Source: a virus (Duplodnaviria; Caudoviricetes). From it: a stretch of DNA of 64,000 nucleotides. The notes below the pieces were generated by a model that was given only the letters and a program-made list of their open reading frames with translations, had not been told where the DNA came from and made no database searches. The first letter of the stretch is position 1; the number at the start of each line of letters is the position of its first letter. The translations under genes were made by a program, and so were the position numbers. The stretch is taken from positions 64,001 through 128,000 of the IMG/VR virus record IMGVR_UViG_3300036778_000062, one strand, 5' to 3'. Below, piece by piece: positions 27,683 through 37,096 of the stretch.

Positions 27683-28402
27683 TCATGGCGATGGCGGGAA
27701 ATCGACGTTGTAGAGATCGATGGTCAAGGAGCTTGCGAACTCCTGCGAGACTGCCACGGTCGGATCGACCTGCAGATGGGCCTCTACAATCCATCGGTCC
27801 TCGTATTGAACTGCGGCCGTATTGAATGGCATCTGCCGCGGATCGTCTGCGTAGAGGGGTGATAGGCCGGTTCCCTCGAGATGTTCGACCGCGAACGGAT
27901 CTCGGAAGAGGGTCGATATCGTCTGTGCATTCTCGGCTGACGCCGGCCCGTGCACGTCGATCTGAACCACGACTTCCGTCGGCTGCATCACGATCGCCTG
28001 TCCGGCCGAGATAATCGTCGCGGCGACATCCTGCGCCGGAGTCACCGCGTAGACGCCGACACCGCCAGGCGTCCCCGAAATCTGCTCTGAGACGGTTGTG
28101 CCAATCGCGATGCCGACGCCGAAGACCGTCGCATCGATGTTCATGACGCCGCGGATGACGTCGGTGATTGTCATCTGATCGCCGTCGATCGAGCCCTCAA
28201 ACTCGGCATCGGCCATCGTGTCGAGATTGGTTCCGAGGCGTGGGCGGCGCAGCGGCCACATCACGATGAAGTCACCTTCTGGGGCGGGCACCCGATTGAC
28301 CTGTCCGACGACGATCTTGCCCGGCCGGAGCTGCGGTAGCATCGCTTTCAGCAGATCGCCAAGCGCAATGTTGATGCTGTCCTGGGTGATCGAAATGTTC
28401 AT
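27683..28402 (-). CDS. Neck/tail terminator protein with inserted beta domain
   Basis: GQVNRVP.P, QIDVHG, PLYADDP.Q, QYE.RW. Confidence 0.75.
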   Translation of the reverse strand: MNISITQDSINIALGDLLKAMLPQLRPGKIVVGQVNRVPAPEGDFIVMWPLRRPRLGTNLDTMADAEFEGSIDGDQMTITDVIRGVMNIDATVFGVGIAIGTTVSEQISGTPGGVGVYAVTPAQDVAATIISAGQAIVMQPTEVVVQIDVHGPASAENAQTISTLFRDPFAVEHLEGTGLSPLYADDPRQMPFNTAAVQYEDRWIVEAHLQVDPTVAVSQEFASSLTIDLYNVDFPPSP

Positions 28403-28740
28403 CGGTAGAAGAGGGCGTTCACCTTGCCGCCCGAGGTCTGCGAGATGAAGCGAAGCGCCGAGATCGTGCCCTCGTAGTTCAGCACCTGACCGACAGCCAG
28501 CGGCATGCCAACGGCGGCGGTCGGCGCAGTACGGTCATCACGGTAGCGAACGGCCTGGCCCTCTGCCGTAATGACGACCATGCTCGGTGTGCCCGCACAT
28601 GCAGCCGGGATTGTCAGCGGTGTCGCTGTATCGACCGCAACCTGCTGGTACCCGCAGGGTACCCGGCGGATACCGCTATCGGCGCGCGCGCAGCTCATCG
28701 CGAGCGCGATCGTCAGCGCCGCGGTCAATCCTCGAAGCAT
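28399..28740 (-). CDS. Small beta-sandwich-like protein with signal peptide, in the neck module
   Basis: MLRGLTAALTIALAMSCARA; EGQAVRYRDD.TAPTA.VG.PL. Confidence 0.65.
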   Translation of the reverse strand: MLRGLTAALTIALAMSCARADSGIRRVPCGYQQVAVDTATPLTIPAACAGTPSMVVITAEGQAVRYRDDRTAPTAAVGMPLAVGQVLNYEGTISALRFISQTSGGKVNALFYR

Positions 28741-28753
28741 TGTATGATCCCTC

Positions 28754-29149
28754 TTACGATGGGTCTGGGATGTCGTCCTGCAGCACCACAGCAACCTTGC
28801 ACCAGTCCGCCCATTGCTCCACGGACGCCAGCACCAGCCACGTATTGCCCTCTGGAAGGGTGCCGTCAGGGAACACGACCAGATCGCCGCCCAGCTTCTT
28901 GATGCGGCTGATCGCAAGTGCGGCGCCGTTCAGATAGATGGCCTTCTGGGCTCCCTGAACATTGAGGGCGTCGAGCTGGCGGATATCGCCCGAGGTGATG
29001 GGCTGAACCTGTGCCTGCACCGGCGCCTTGTCGTAGGTCGGTACCTGCACATAGTTGACGAGCGTGTATCCGGTGCTGATGAACAGCGTGGCGGCAACGT
29101 TTGGGTTAACCGCACGCGTCACGCCGTTGGCTATCGCCCGAAGGTTCAT
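28754..29149 (-). CDS. Head-tail adaptor/closure protein
   Basis: MNL..IA...VNP, QVQP, GGDL..F, W.V....EQW.DW. Confidence 0.75.
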   Translation of the reverse strand: MNLRAIANGVTRAVNPNVAATLFISTGYTLVNYVQVPTYDKAPVQAQVQPITSGDIRQLDALNVQGAQKAIYLNGAALAISRIKKLGGDLVVFPDGTLPEGNTWLVLASVEQWADWCKVAVVLQDDIPDPS

Positions 29150-29154
29150 CGTGG

Positions 29155-29757
29155 CTACCGCGGCGCCAGGCAAGCCGTGACGACCAGGTTCGCCGTCGCA
29201 GTGGCGGTGCCGGTGAATTTCAGCGCGAGGCGGTCGCCAGCGGCAAGGGCCACGCTCGCTGCTGTTCCAACGAGCGCGCCGGCCTGAACCGTGTTGGCGG
29301 TGGCGTTAAGATTGAAGCCGGCGTTCGTATTGTTGGTCAGGAGAGCGGTGCCTGAGCCCGGCGCAGTGGTCCCGGTGTCCTTCTCGACCTGCATCGTCTC
29401 GGTGGCGCCGGCAGCCGTAGAATGCACCTCACTGACGCTGACGAGCTTGTAGGGCCTGGTTGCGACGAAGAAAGCCGCATTGGCCGGTGAGGCCAGGGTC
29501 CCCATTTGCGCGAAGGTGGTGCAGACCAGACCGTCGGAAGACTTCAGCGTCGTGAAGTTGCCGGGTGCTGGTGTGGTCCCCCCGATTGTCATGTCGTCGA
29601 TAGTACCGGGCGTCGCACCATTGCTTTTCGGCGGCGCGATCGGGAAAGCCAGGTCGCCGATGTTGGTGAAGAAGGTGGTGCTCGCAGCGCGCGCGGCGAT
29701 CGCAGGCGCGAGCAAGGCGGCAATGACGATCACAACTTTCGTTGTCACGGTTCGCAT
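29155..29757 (-). CDS. Beta-rich virion-module protein with signal peptide
   Basis: MRTVTTKVVIVIAALLAPAIAARA; IGGTTPAPG.FTTL fibre motif; AAGDRLAL jelly-roll-like end. Confidence 0.65.
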   Translation of the reverse strand: MRTVTTKVVIVIAALLAPAIAARAASTTFFTNIGDLAFPIAPPKSNGATPGTIDDMTIGGTTPAPGNFTTLKSSDGLVCTTFAQMGTLASPANAAFFVATRPYKLVSVSEVHSTAAGATETMQVEKDTGTTAPGSGTALLTNNTNAGFNLNATANTVQAGALVGTAASVALAAGDRLALKFTGTATATANLVVTACLAPR

Positions 29758-29774
29758 GGTTGGACTCCTCGTTG

Positions 29775-30215
29775 TCAGGATTTCACTTCGAACGAGACGG
29801 CGCGGATCATGTCACCGTGCTCGATGAGGGGCTTGTCGAAGCCCTTGCGCTTGACCGTCGATTCCGCCAGCGGCGGCGAATTCGTTTGCTGGATGCTCAT
29901 CTGCAGGTCGCTCGCGATCCCTTCGCCAACGCGTTGCAGGGTGAGGTCCTGATCGTAATCGGTCGCCTTCAGGTTCTCGGCGACCGCGACCGGCCACGTC
30001 GACTCCTTCTCCGCGATCATGTTGCGGAAGAAAGGCCGTGGCGGAATTTTGCTGGTTCCGAACTCGTTGGCGGCGGCGCGAACGGCGATGGGCTGACCGT
30101 CCGGCCCGGTTGCGTTCTCGAGGAAGCCGACGCGGACCGATCCTGGCCGCGAGAGTTGCTCCGCGATCTGACTGAGCGCCAGCGCGAACTTGTCGCCGCC
30201 CTTGATGGTCGCCAT
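29775..30215 (-). CDS. Neck/tail completion protein (HK97 gp10-like)
   Basis: NEFGT..IPPRPFFR, PPLAEST..RKGFDKPLI..G.M. Confidence 0.8.
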   Translation of the reverse strand: MATIKGGDKFALALSQIAEQLSRPGSVRVGFLENATGPDGQPIAVRAAANEFGTSKIPPRPFFRNMIAEKESTWPVAVAENLKATDYDQDLTLQRVGEGIASDLQMSIQQTNSPPLAESTVKRKGFDKPLIEHGDMIRAVSFEVKS

Positions 30216-30607
30216 CAGGTGATCGCGTCAGCGAGGCTCTTGGGCTGCTCCTTCGGGGCTTCTTGCTGCGGCGGCCCCTTCGGCTCTTCCTTCGTCTTTG
30301 CGGCCTCGGCAGCCGCCGCTGCGGCTGCGGCGTCGGCCGCGTCGGACTCCGCCTTCTTCTTGGCCTGCATCCATTCGATGACCGGAGCGAGGTCTCTGCG
30401 GATCATCTCGATATCGCCGGCCAGGGCCTCGACATTCAGTACTGCCCGACGCGTATCGGCGATCGCTTCCTCGAACTGAGGAATGAAGGACATCAGCCGT
30501 CGGATGTCGGACTCAGACAACTGCGGAACGTTGTCGAGCCGCTTCAGGGCCTCCTCGACCATAGCCTTCGATTTCCAGAGGGCATTGACTTTGGCGTCCA
30601 AATCCAT
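30215..30607 (-). CDS. Coiled-coil hypothetical protein
   Basis: GGAG RBS; coupled to the next gene. Confidence 0.55.
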   Translation of the reverse strand: MDLDAKVNALWKSKAMVEEALKRLDNVPQLSESDIRRLMSFIPQFEEAIADTRRAVLNVEALAGDIEMIRRDLAPVIEWMQAKKKAESDAADAAAAAAAAEAAKTKEEPKGPPQQEAPKEQPKSLADAIT

Positions 30608-30625
30608 GGGCTGGTTCTCCTCGAG

Positions 30626-31066
30626 CTATACGCCCCAGCCCGGAGGGCCGACGACGCCGCGGTTCTTGTTCGGGATGTAGCGCATGGTTCGGAACGGCGC
30701 GGTTGCCATCCAGTACATCGCGCCGTATTTGGTCTGGATGAACCACGCCATCTGCTCTGAGACGCTGTTCGAATAGGCGGCTTGGACCGACACCGAACCT
30801 TCGCTGGCGCTGTTGATGCGGCCTACGATGGTCGATGCCTGCTGCCCCGGCGCCGGCGGCGCGAACAGTGCCGCGATATGCGCGGTGAGCATGTTGAGCA
30901 GTGCGAGCTGCTGTTCAGGACTATGGACCGGCCCGCCGCCGTCGTTGCGGTGGATCGTCGTGGCAAGCTGGAAATACTGCTGCGCCTGCGCCTGGTTCAC
31001 CGTGGCGGTGAACTCGGGATAGATCGCGATCCATTGGGCATAATTGAGCTGAACAACGACACCCAT
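30626..31066 (-). CDS. Head-tail connector (DUF4054-like)
   Basis: YPEF, L.AHIA, GRI.SASEGSVSV, QTKYG..YW. Confidence 0.85.
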   Translation of the reverse strand: MGVVVQLNYAQWIAIYPEFTATVNQAQAQQYFQLATTIHRNDGGGPVHSPEQQLALLNMLTAHIAALFAPPAPGQQASTIVGRINSASEGSVSVQAAYSNSVSEQMAWFIQTKYGAMYWMATAPFRTMRYIPNKNRGVVGPPGWGV

Positions 31067-31090
31067 AGCGCGCTCCTCGCAACGGAACAA

Positions 31091-31600
31091 TCAAGCGCCT
31101 TGCGTATCGAAGTCGGCATTGGCTCTTTCCATTGCCGCGCTGACTCCGTTGGTCACGAGCCGTTCGTCGGAAATGATCATGCGGCCTTCTTTCGACTTCA
31201 TAGTCACATCGAGTGGCTCGACACCAGTCTTCTGCCTTTCGTGCTCGCGCGCCCAGGAGATGACTCGGCCGCGTTGCTTGTGACCATAGATCATGTTGTT
31301 TTTGACAAACTCGGAGTCCTTATTGTGCTCCATGAAATGCTCAAAGACATCGGCCGGAACGTTCGACGTCAGCGCGTAGCCGCCGATGACTTCGACAAGT
31401 GCGCGGTATTGCGCCGGCACATTAGGTCCCTTGATGCGGATATACTTTCCTGTCGGGCGCCAAATCGTCACGTCACGAACACCGCCGCCCAAGACCTGTT
31501 CCCGCTCCTCCCGCTTGGCGTACATGCGGATCTTGATGCCGTGCGGCAGCTTGCAGGCAACGGTCACTACCTCTGGAACTAAGGGCTGGGCATCGGTCAT
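31091..31600 (-). CDS. Conserved head-region protein
   Basis: VTVACKLPHG, GYALT.NV, TG.EPLD. Confidence 0.75.
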   Translation of the reverse strand: MTDAQPLVPEVVTVACKLPHGIKIRMYAKREEREQVLGGGVRDVTIWRPTGKYIRIKGPNVPAQYRALVEVIGGYALTSNVPADVFEHFMEHNKDSEFVKNNMIYGHKQRGRVISWAREHERQKTGVEPLDVTMKSKEGRMIISDERLVTNGVSAAMERANADFDTQGA

Positions 31601-31633
31601 CGTCAGGAACTCCTGGTTAAAATGAGAGCTGTG

Positions 31634-31661
31634 TTCGGCCGCGGATTTGACCGCGGCCGAA
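31634..31661 (-). terminator. Hairpin downstream of the major capsid gene
   Basis: ttcggccgcgg-N6-ccgcggccgaa. Confidence 0.55.
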
Positions 31662-31666
31662 AAACG

Positions 31667-32767
31667 TCAGATGCCAACCATCGACGAAAAGCCGATTGGC
31701 ATCCGGATGATGGCGCCAAAGGTGCCAGCCATCTTCTTCTGCTTGTAGGACGAGGCCGCGCGGATAATCGGAAACGCCTTCAACTTCTCGGTGAAGGAGC
31801 AATAGGCTGTCTTCTGCCCTTGGATCTTCTCCGCAATCAGCTGCATGAAATTTCCTGCAGGGACGCCCTGCGGGTTGTCGGGTGTCAAAGCGCCGTATTG
31901 AACCGCGGTCTGAATGCGGAGATTTGGGAAATTCTTTTTGAGGAGATCTTCCACATTGACGTTGAAGGAGTTGGTGAACGTCAGCGCCACCTCCGAACCG
32001 GGAGACATCGCGAGCACCATCGGCGTCCTTTTGTTGACGAGACCGATGTTGTTCTGGATCAGATTCTCATAGACGGCGACGACGTCGTTGTAGACCTCGT
32101 TCGCTGTCGCGTTCGGCGCGCCACTATCGGTAAACCAGGACGTTCCGCCATTCACCTTCACAGACGGTGCAAGCGGAGCGCCAAGGTTCGGATCATTGAA
32201 AAGACCGAAGTTTTCCAGCCCCGCAACGCCGTAGAAGTACGATAGGTTGCTGAACCTATTGAGGCCGTCGGCCGCAGCAGCCTCGAGACCACTAATCCAG
32301 TTTACACGGCCGAGGCCCGCGCGTTCGATTTCGAGGTCGCCGTATTCGAGCATCACCTGGAAATTGTACGATTGCCGCTGGGGCCAGTTGGTATTGAGTG
32401 AGGCTCGGCCATTCTCATTGAAATCGCCATACGTCGAGACCTCGACGGTATGTTCGACGGTCGGGAACATCGCCGTCGATGTGGTCCAATTGCCCTTACG
32501 CTCCTCACCTACGATTTCCGCTCCTTCAGTCGGAGCGAACAGGATATCGAAAATATCCGGATCGATGAACGTGGTGAGCCAGGATGGAATGCCGGTGTTC
32601 GGATCCGTCTGCAAAGCGGGTTGAGCATCCATCGCGAGATAGTTCGTCGCGATTGCATCGGTCGCATAGCAGCGAACCGTGTCCAGTAGCGAAACGCCTT
32701 TGGATTCGAAGAACTCTTTCTCGGAGGCAAAGGCCTGCATCGCCTGCTCAAGAGTACCATTGTACAT
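31667..32767 (-). CDS. Major capsid protein (DUF2184-like)
   Basis: LAMDAQP, GIP..LTTFIDP, E.RKG.W, N..YFYGV.GL..FG..NDPNL, KQK..AGT.GAII. Confidence 0.9.
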   Translation of the reverse strand: MYNGTLEQAMQAFASEKEFFESKGVSLLDTVRCYATDAIATNYLAMDAQPALQTDPNTGIPSWLTTFIDPDIFDILFAPTEGAEIVGEERKGNWTTSTAMFPTVEHTVEVSTYGDFNENGRASLNTNWPQRQSYNFQVMLEYGDLEIERAGLGRVNWISGLEAAAADGLNRFSNLSYFYGVAGLENFGLFNDPNLGAPLAPSVKVNGGTSWFTDSGAPNATANEVYNDVVAVYENLIQNNIGLVNKRTPMVLAMSPGSEVALTFTNSFNVNVEDLLKKNFPNLRIQTAVQYGALTPDNPQGVPAGNFMQLIAEKIQGQKTAYCSFTEKLKAFPIIRAASSYKQKKMAGTFGAIIRMPIGFSSMVGI

Positions 32768-32837
32768 GCTAATGCTCCTTCGGCCGAGGAAGGCTCGGCT
32801 CAAGTTACGTTTGGTTTGAAGGGAAGGGCGCTCGGGA

Positions 32838-33800
32838 TCAGCCGAGCGGGTGATCGCTGATCTTGACGAGCTCGGTGGACAGGCCGGGGCTCATCGCGGA
32901 CCACTTGGTTTCGACATCGAGCGCGGTATTGATCGCCTGACCGGGCGTTATCGACTGCGTCAGGTTGACGATGTAGGTACCAGCGGCGCCGGTGCCGGTG
33001 CCGAGGTCTGTAATCACGGTGCCATCACTGATCCCGCTGCCGTTGGCCGGCTGACCGACTGCGAACGTGCCTGCTACGGTGCCGCCGATTGTCATGAGAC
33101 CATAGCTGCCGGTCATAGCTTCCGTGTCGATATCCTGCTCGGAGAGATTGAGCGCGTAGCGGCCGGCACCGCGCAGCGCTTCGCCATCCTGCAGGGGCAG
33201 CACCTGGTTAACGATGTGGGCGCCCGTCGGAACGCCAGAGCCCGCGACCACGGTACCGTTGTAGAGCGTACCGGTGACAGCCGAAGCGGTCAGGATGTTC
33301 CCCTCGATCGAACCAGTGAAGGAGCTGGTTTCGGCAGCGATCGTGGAGGAGGTCGATGTACCGCCGGAATCCGGAGCGCCAGCCGGCCCAAAGCGGACCG
33401 AGCCATCCTGGAAGTTGGCGTAAGCCTTCATGCCGATCAGCGCCTGGTTAGAGCCGGCGTTCTTTACGACAAAGTCGCCGCCGTTCATCAGCGTGATTGG
33501 CTGGCCGGCCGGCACGAGCATGCTGGATTCTTGCAGATACTGCGTAAGCATGCCCTGCTGTTCGCGGTGGACGAACCCGGTCACGGGCCCGGAGCCGAAG
33601 TTGTTCACGACGGCCGGACCGCCGACATCGTCTTCGTGCTGGTCGGCTGCCCAAGCAAACCGCGCAACTCGTACGCCGAAGTCGCCACAGACGAAGGCGC
33701 CGGCGCCGGCGATCACAGAAAAGCGCGGGTTGGCGCTTGCGAAATCACCTTCTACGCCGATCGCCGGCTGAACGGTGACCCTGGTTTGAAAGCCGCCCAT
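32838..33800 (-). CDS. Head decoration/cement protein with inserted beta domains
   Basis: FQ..V..QPA.GVEGDFASANP, GFVHREQQ, ETKW, ELVKIS. Confidence 0.8.
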   Translation of the reverse strand: MGGFQTRVTVQPAIGVEGDFASANPRFSVIAGAGAFVCGDFGVRVARFAWAADQHEDDVGGPAVVNNFGSGPVTGFVHREQQGMLTQYLQESSMLVPAGQPITLMNGGDFVVKNAGSNQALIGMKAYANFQDGSVRFGPAGAPDSGGTSTSSTIAAETSSFTGSIEGNILTASAVTGTLYNGTVVAGSGVPTGAHIVNQVLPLQDGEALRGAGRYALNLSEQDIDTEAMTGSYGLMTIGGTVAGTFAVGQPANGSGISDGTVITDLGTGTGAAGTYIVNLTQSITPGQAINTALDVETKWSAMSPGLSTELVKISDHPLG

Positions 33801-33889
33801 TGAGTGTTCCTTTCAGGGGTAAAACGGGGTTGTCGCCGGCCGCGGTTCGCCGCCGGCGGTGTTCGACGTTTGGATGATGGGGAAACCTG

Positions 33890-35356
33890 TTAGGCGCTGA
33901 CCTTGATGCTGGCCGCGTGTGGGAAGCGCGCGGCCAGGCTCTTGGCGACCGCGGCGTCAGTCGCGATCGGCGGCCTCGGCGGTGGGTTGCCGTTGCCCGG
34001 CTGCTTATGGGAACGCAACACTGCCTTGGCGGCTGGAATGCTGTCGATCTTGTCGGCATCTTCGACACCGAGCACACCGAGGGCAGCCTGATAGACGCTG
34101 ATCGCGCTATCGAAGGCGCCCTTAAGAGTGCCGACATACGGCCTGACTTCCTCGCGGGCGTCCACGGCGGCCTGCACGCGATCGCGCTCGGCTTTGACCG
34201 CGGCGCTGATCGCCTGGTCCATGGCCTTCTTGTCGACCATGTCCTTGGTCTTCTCGGCAACAGCCTTCTCGACATCGCCCGCCATCTTCTCCTCGGCCTC
34301 CTTCGCCTTGCGCTTCTTCTCTTCGTCGTCTTCCTCGTCATCCTCATCGGCGGCGCCTCGCGGACCGGCCTTGAGCATGTCGCAGGCCTTCAGGTAGTCA
34401 TCCTCGCCGAGCTTGCCCTTGAGGAAAGCGTGGATGTCGGACTCGCCGCCCTCGGCGTCCATCGTCTCTTCCGGCATATCCTCGACGTCGATCTCGTCAT
34501 CACCTTCCGCGATCGGGGCCTTTTCCAAGGCATCGATCAGGCCGGCGACGTCCTCGATCGAGGCGTCAGCCGCAAGCTTGCCCTTGGTCGCGGTCTTGAT
34601 GCCGGCAATGATTGTCGGTTTCTGCGTGGCGAAATTCTTGGCCGTCAGCTTCGCCAGGATCGTTCGAAGATCGACCTTGGCGTCAAGAGCCAGGCGCGGA
34701 GCGAGGTGGAGGGCGATGACGCTGCGGACAGCGGCACCGGTACGCGTCATCTTAACTTTCGCCATCTTGATGGTCTCCATGGTGTCGCCGACCACAACAT
34801 CGGGTCCGGCTCGTCCTTCTTTCACAAGCGCAACGTGATTGCCGACAATGTCTCGCATGACGCCGTCGTATTCCTCGCCGTCGGGCGTGTGGCCCGGCGT
34901 CATGTCAGCGCGATAGCGGTACGCGCTCGACAATTCCTTTTTCAGCTCATCCTCGATATCGCCGATGCCTTCGCCGGCCCAGACGACCAGCGAATTGTCG
35001 AGGTAGGGCGCGTCGAACTCGGAGTCGGTACCGAGGGACCCGATCACGAGCTCAGGCCTGTGGTCGCGCGCATCGACCGGGACATGGCGGGAGAGCAGCG
35101 GCAGGTTATTGAAAGTCTCTGCCGCTTTCTTCAATTCGTCCGGATGCCGCCAGAGCTTATAAAGCTTGCGAGGATCAAGCCCCAGCTTTTCGAACTCAGG
35201 AATCTCGACGCCGAGATATTCGCAGACGTTTGCCTTCGAGATGTGCGTCTTCGCAACATGCAGGCGACCGTCGGCGTCATAGTTGCGCACTGACGCGCGG
35301 TCGAAGGCGAGGATCTCGCGCGCATCGAATGCGGGGTGCGGCGATACGCCCGACAT
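33890..35356 (-). CDS. Prohead protease/scaffold (DUF2213-like)
   Basis: R..DADG.L, ELS..Y, NHVALV..GRAG; acidic scaffold C-terminus. Confidence 0.9.
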   Translation of the reverse strand: MSGVSPHPAFDAREILAFDRASVRNYDADGRLHVAKTHISKANVCEYLGVEIPEFEKLGLDPRKLYKLWRHPDELKKAAETFNNLPLLSRHVPVDARDHRPELVIGSLGTDSEFDAPYLDNSLVVWAGEGIGDIEDELKKELSSAYRYRADMTPGHTPDGEEYDGVMRDIVGNHVALVKEGRAGPDVVVGDTMETIKMAKVKMTRTGAAVRSVIALHLAPRLALDAKVDLRTILAKLTAKNFATQKPTIIAGIKTATKGKLAADASIEDVAGLIDALEKAPIAEGDDEIDVEDMPEETMDAEGGESDIHAFLKGKLGEDDYLKACDMLKAGPRGAADEDDEEDDEEKKRKAKEAEEKMAGDVEKAVAEKTKDMVDKKAMDQAISAAVKAERDRVQAAVDAREEVRPYVGTLKGAFDSAISVYQAALGVLGVEDADKIDSIPAAKAVLRSHKQPGNGNPPPRPPIATDAAVAKSLAARFPHAASIKVSA

Positions 35357-35370
35357 AGTTATCCTCGCGG

Positions 35371-35643
35371 CTATTTCGCTGGCTTGGTGGTGGTCTTTTC
35401 GTCGAGAGTCGATTTATCTGCGGCGGCCTTATCGGCCGCCGCTTTGGCGTCTATGGCGTTGAGTTGCTGCTGAAGGATCGTCAGCACGGGCGCGGACGTC
35501 TTGTAGGGCAGCTCCATCAGGCCCTGGCCGATGATCTGCAGCTCCGCGCGCGTCACGTCGAGTTTGAGATGATCCGTTGGGGTCTGTGCAATCGCACTGC
35601 CTGCCCCGACGAACATAAGTAATGCCACAAGCAAGATTCTCAT
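35371..35643 (-). CDS. Small protein with signal peptide in the head module
   Basis: MRILLVALLMFVGAGSAIA|Q; L.ELPYK..AP. Confidence 0.65.
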   Translation of the reverse strand: MRILLVALLMFVGAGSAIAQTPTDHLKLDVTRAELQIIGQGLMELPYKTSAPVLTILQQQLNAIDAKAAADKAAADKSTLDEKTTTKPAK

Positions 35644-35808
35644 ATTCTGATTTCCTTTAGCGTGGACAAACCTGCTCGGCTGAGTTGAGGGCGGCCTTGG
35701 GTCGCGCAGGGCGTGTGGTGCACGTTGTGGATGAGCATCTCGCACGCTGGACGTGAACAGGAAGGGACGCCTAGGTTCCAGCCGACACTTTGGTCACGGG
35801 AGATTTTG

Positions 35809-36276
35809 ATGAAGTTCGCTCTGATGACGAAAGCCGTGGTTGCCGCGGCATTTCTTTCCTTAAGCTATGACGCAGTCTTCGCTGACCCCATAAGAGCAGT
35901 CGGTCGAGCCGATTGCAGTCAACTTTGTTGGTTTCACCAACCTACAGAGGTGGGAATCGATTACTCGTGCTCGATGAAGCTTCAAACTCAGAAGGAAGCA
36001 GACTTTTGGAAGCAAGGCTTTAAGACGATTGGAGGACCTCGAACCAATCTGACAATGGATTTGGTTAGCCTCGACTCGGATAGCTCGGCTCCCAAATGTC
36101 CGGCGATAACCTGGCAGTCGTTCGACGCAGTGCGGCAGTTGCAGTCGACCCCTGTAACCGGCGTAGTTCACTCGGGCGAGAACTGCTCCCTATCCGGCAA
36201 CATCGCACCAGGAGAATCGGTCGTGTTTTCGTGCACGCATGGTTCTTCGACGCAGGCAACTGTTTTCCCCAAATAG
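35809..36276 (+). CDS. Secreted Cys-containing protein (antisense moron)
   Basis: GGAG RBS, signal peptide ending VFA, 6 Cys, lower GC. Confidence 0.6.
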   Translation: MKFALMTKAVVAAAFLSLSYDAVFADPIRAVGRADCSQLCWFHQPTEVGIDYSCSMKLQTQKEADFWKQGFKTIGGPRTNLTMDLVSLDSDSSAPKCPAITWQSFDAVRQLQSTPVTGVVHSGENCSLSGNIAPGESVVFSCTHGSSTQATVFPK

Positions 36277-36298
36277 CCCGTCACCGGGTGACCCGCGG

Positions 36299-37096
36299 CT
36301 ATAAGAAGCCCGGGATCACCGGGCGCGCGATACATCGGCAATTGATCAACTCGCCGGGCAGAACGTGCTTGTCGACCGCGGGATCGAACCAGCCTTTGGA
36401 AAGCTGGAATTTCTCCTTGTTGCGACCGGCGGCAACGTGTGTGGGTCGCGGATGCTTGCCGCCACCGCTGTGAACCCAGATAGCCTCTGTGATGCCGGCC
36501 TGCACCTGGCGCGCGCGGGTCATCACCGCGGTCGCCTTGTTGTTCTGGTCTCGCGCGATAGTCGTCGCGCGCCGCTTCGTCACTCCGAACTGTTCTTGCA
36601 GGGCCTTGGTGAGCTGGCCGAGATCGCGCCCGGTCTGCACCGAACGCATCACCATGCCCTCGACCTGGATCAGATACTGCTGCGGGATCGACTTGATGAG
36701 GGATACCTGCTCATTGATCGTTGCGTCGATGACGTCGCGCATCGCCGGCGTCATGTTGAATTTGACGGTGAAGCCGCCATCGCGAAGGATCTTCTTCAGA
36801 GCCGCATCGCTGCGCGCATGAACTGTAGTCGCAAAATATTCCGCGAGCTTGGGTGCGGCTCGATCGAAATTCCGCTTCCATCGACGCGCCAGTTGGCGAA
36901 CCGCTAGCCGCAACTCTTCGGCCGGATTTCGGTCCTGGGCCATGATCGGCGGGTTCTGCCGATATGCCGCCTTGAGCCAGTAGACGAACGAGGCGTTCAT
37001 CTCCTCAATCAGCTCGATGAGCTTCCGACGGTATGCCGACTCGATACCGGCGTTCGGGTGAACCGGCCGCAGCGTCTTTGCTTTCGGCCGCTTCAC
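36299..37096 (-). CDS. Head morphogenesis protein (MuF/SPP1 gp7 family), short form
   Basis: RA..IARDQ..K, W.HS.....RP.H, PG..INCRC. Confidence 0.92.
   Translation of the reverse strand: MKRPKAKTLRPVHPNAGIESAYRRKLIELIEEMNASFVYWLKAAYRQNPPIMAQDRNPAEELRLAVRQLARRWKRNFDRAAPKLAEYFATTVHARSDAALKKILRDGGFTVKFNMTPAMRDVIDATINEQVSLIKSIPQQYLIQVEGMVMRSVQTGRDLGQLTKALQEQFGVTKRRATTIARDQNNKATAVMTRARQVQAGITEAIWVHSGGGKHPRPTHVAAGRNKEKFQLSKGWFDPAVDKHVLPGELINCRCIARPVIPGFL

Noticed and set aside
32850-35293. Long plus-strand ORFs (317 aa and 458 aa)
   Set aside because: Antisense shadows of high-GC head genes, with no motifs or RBS
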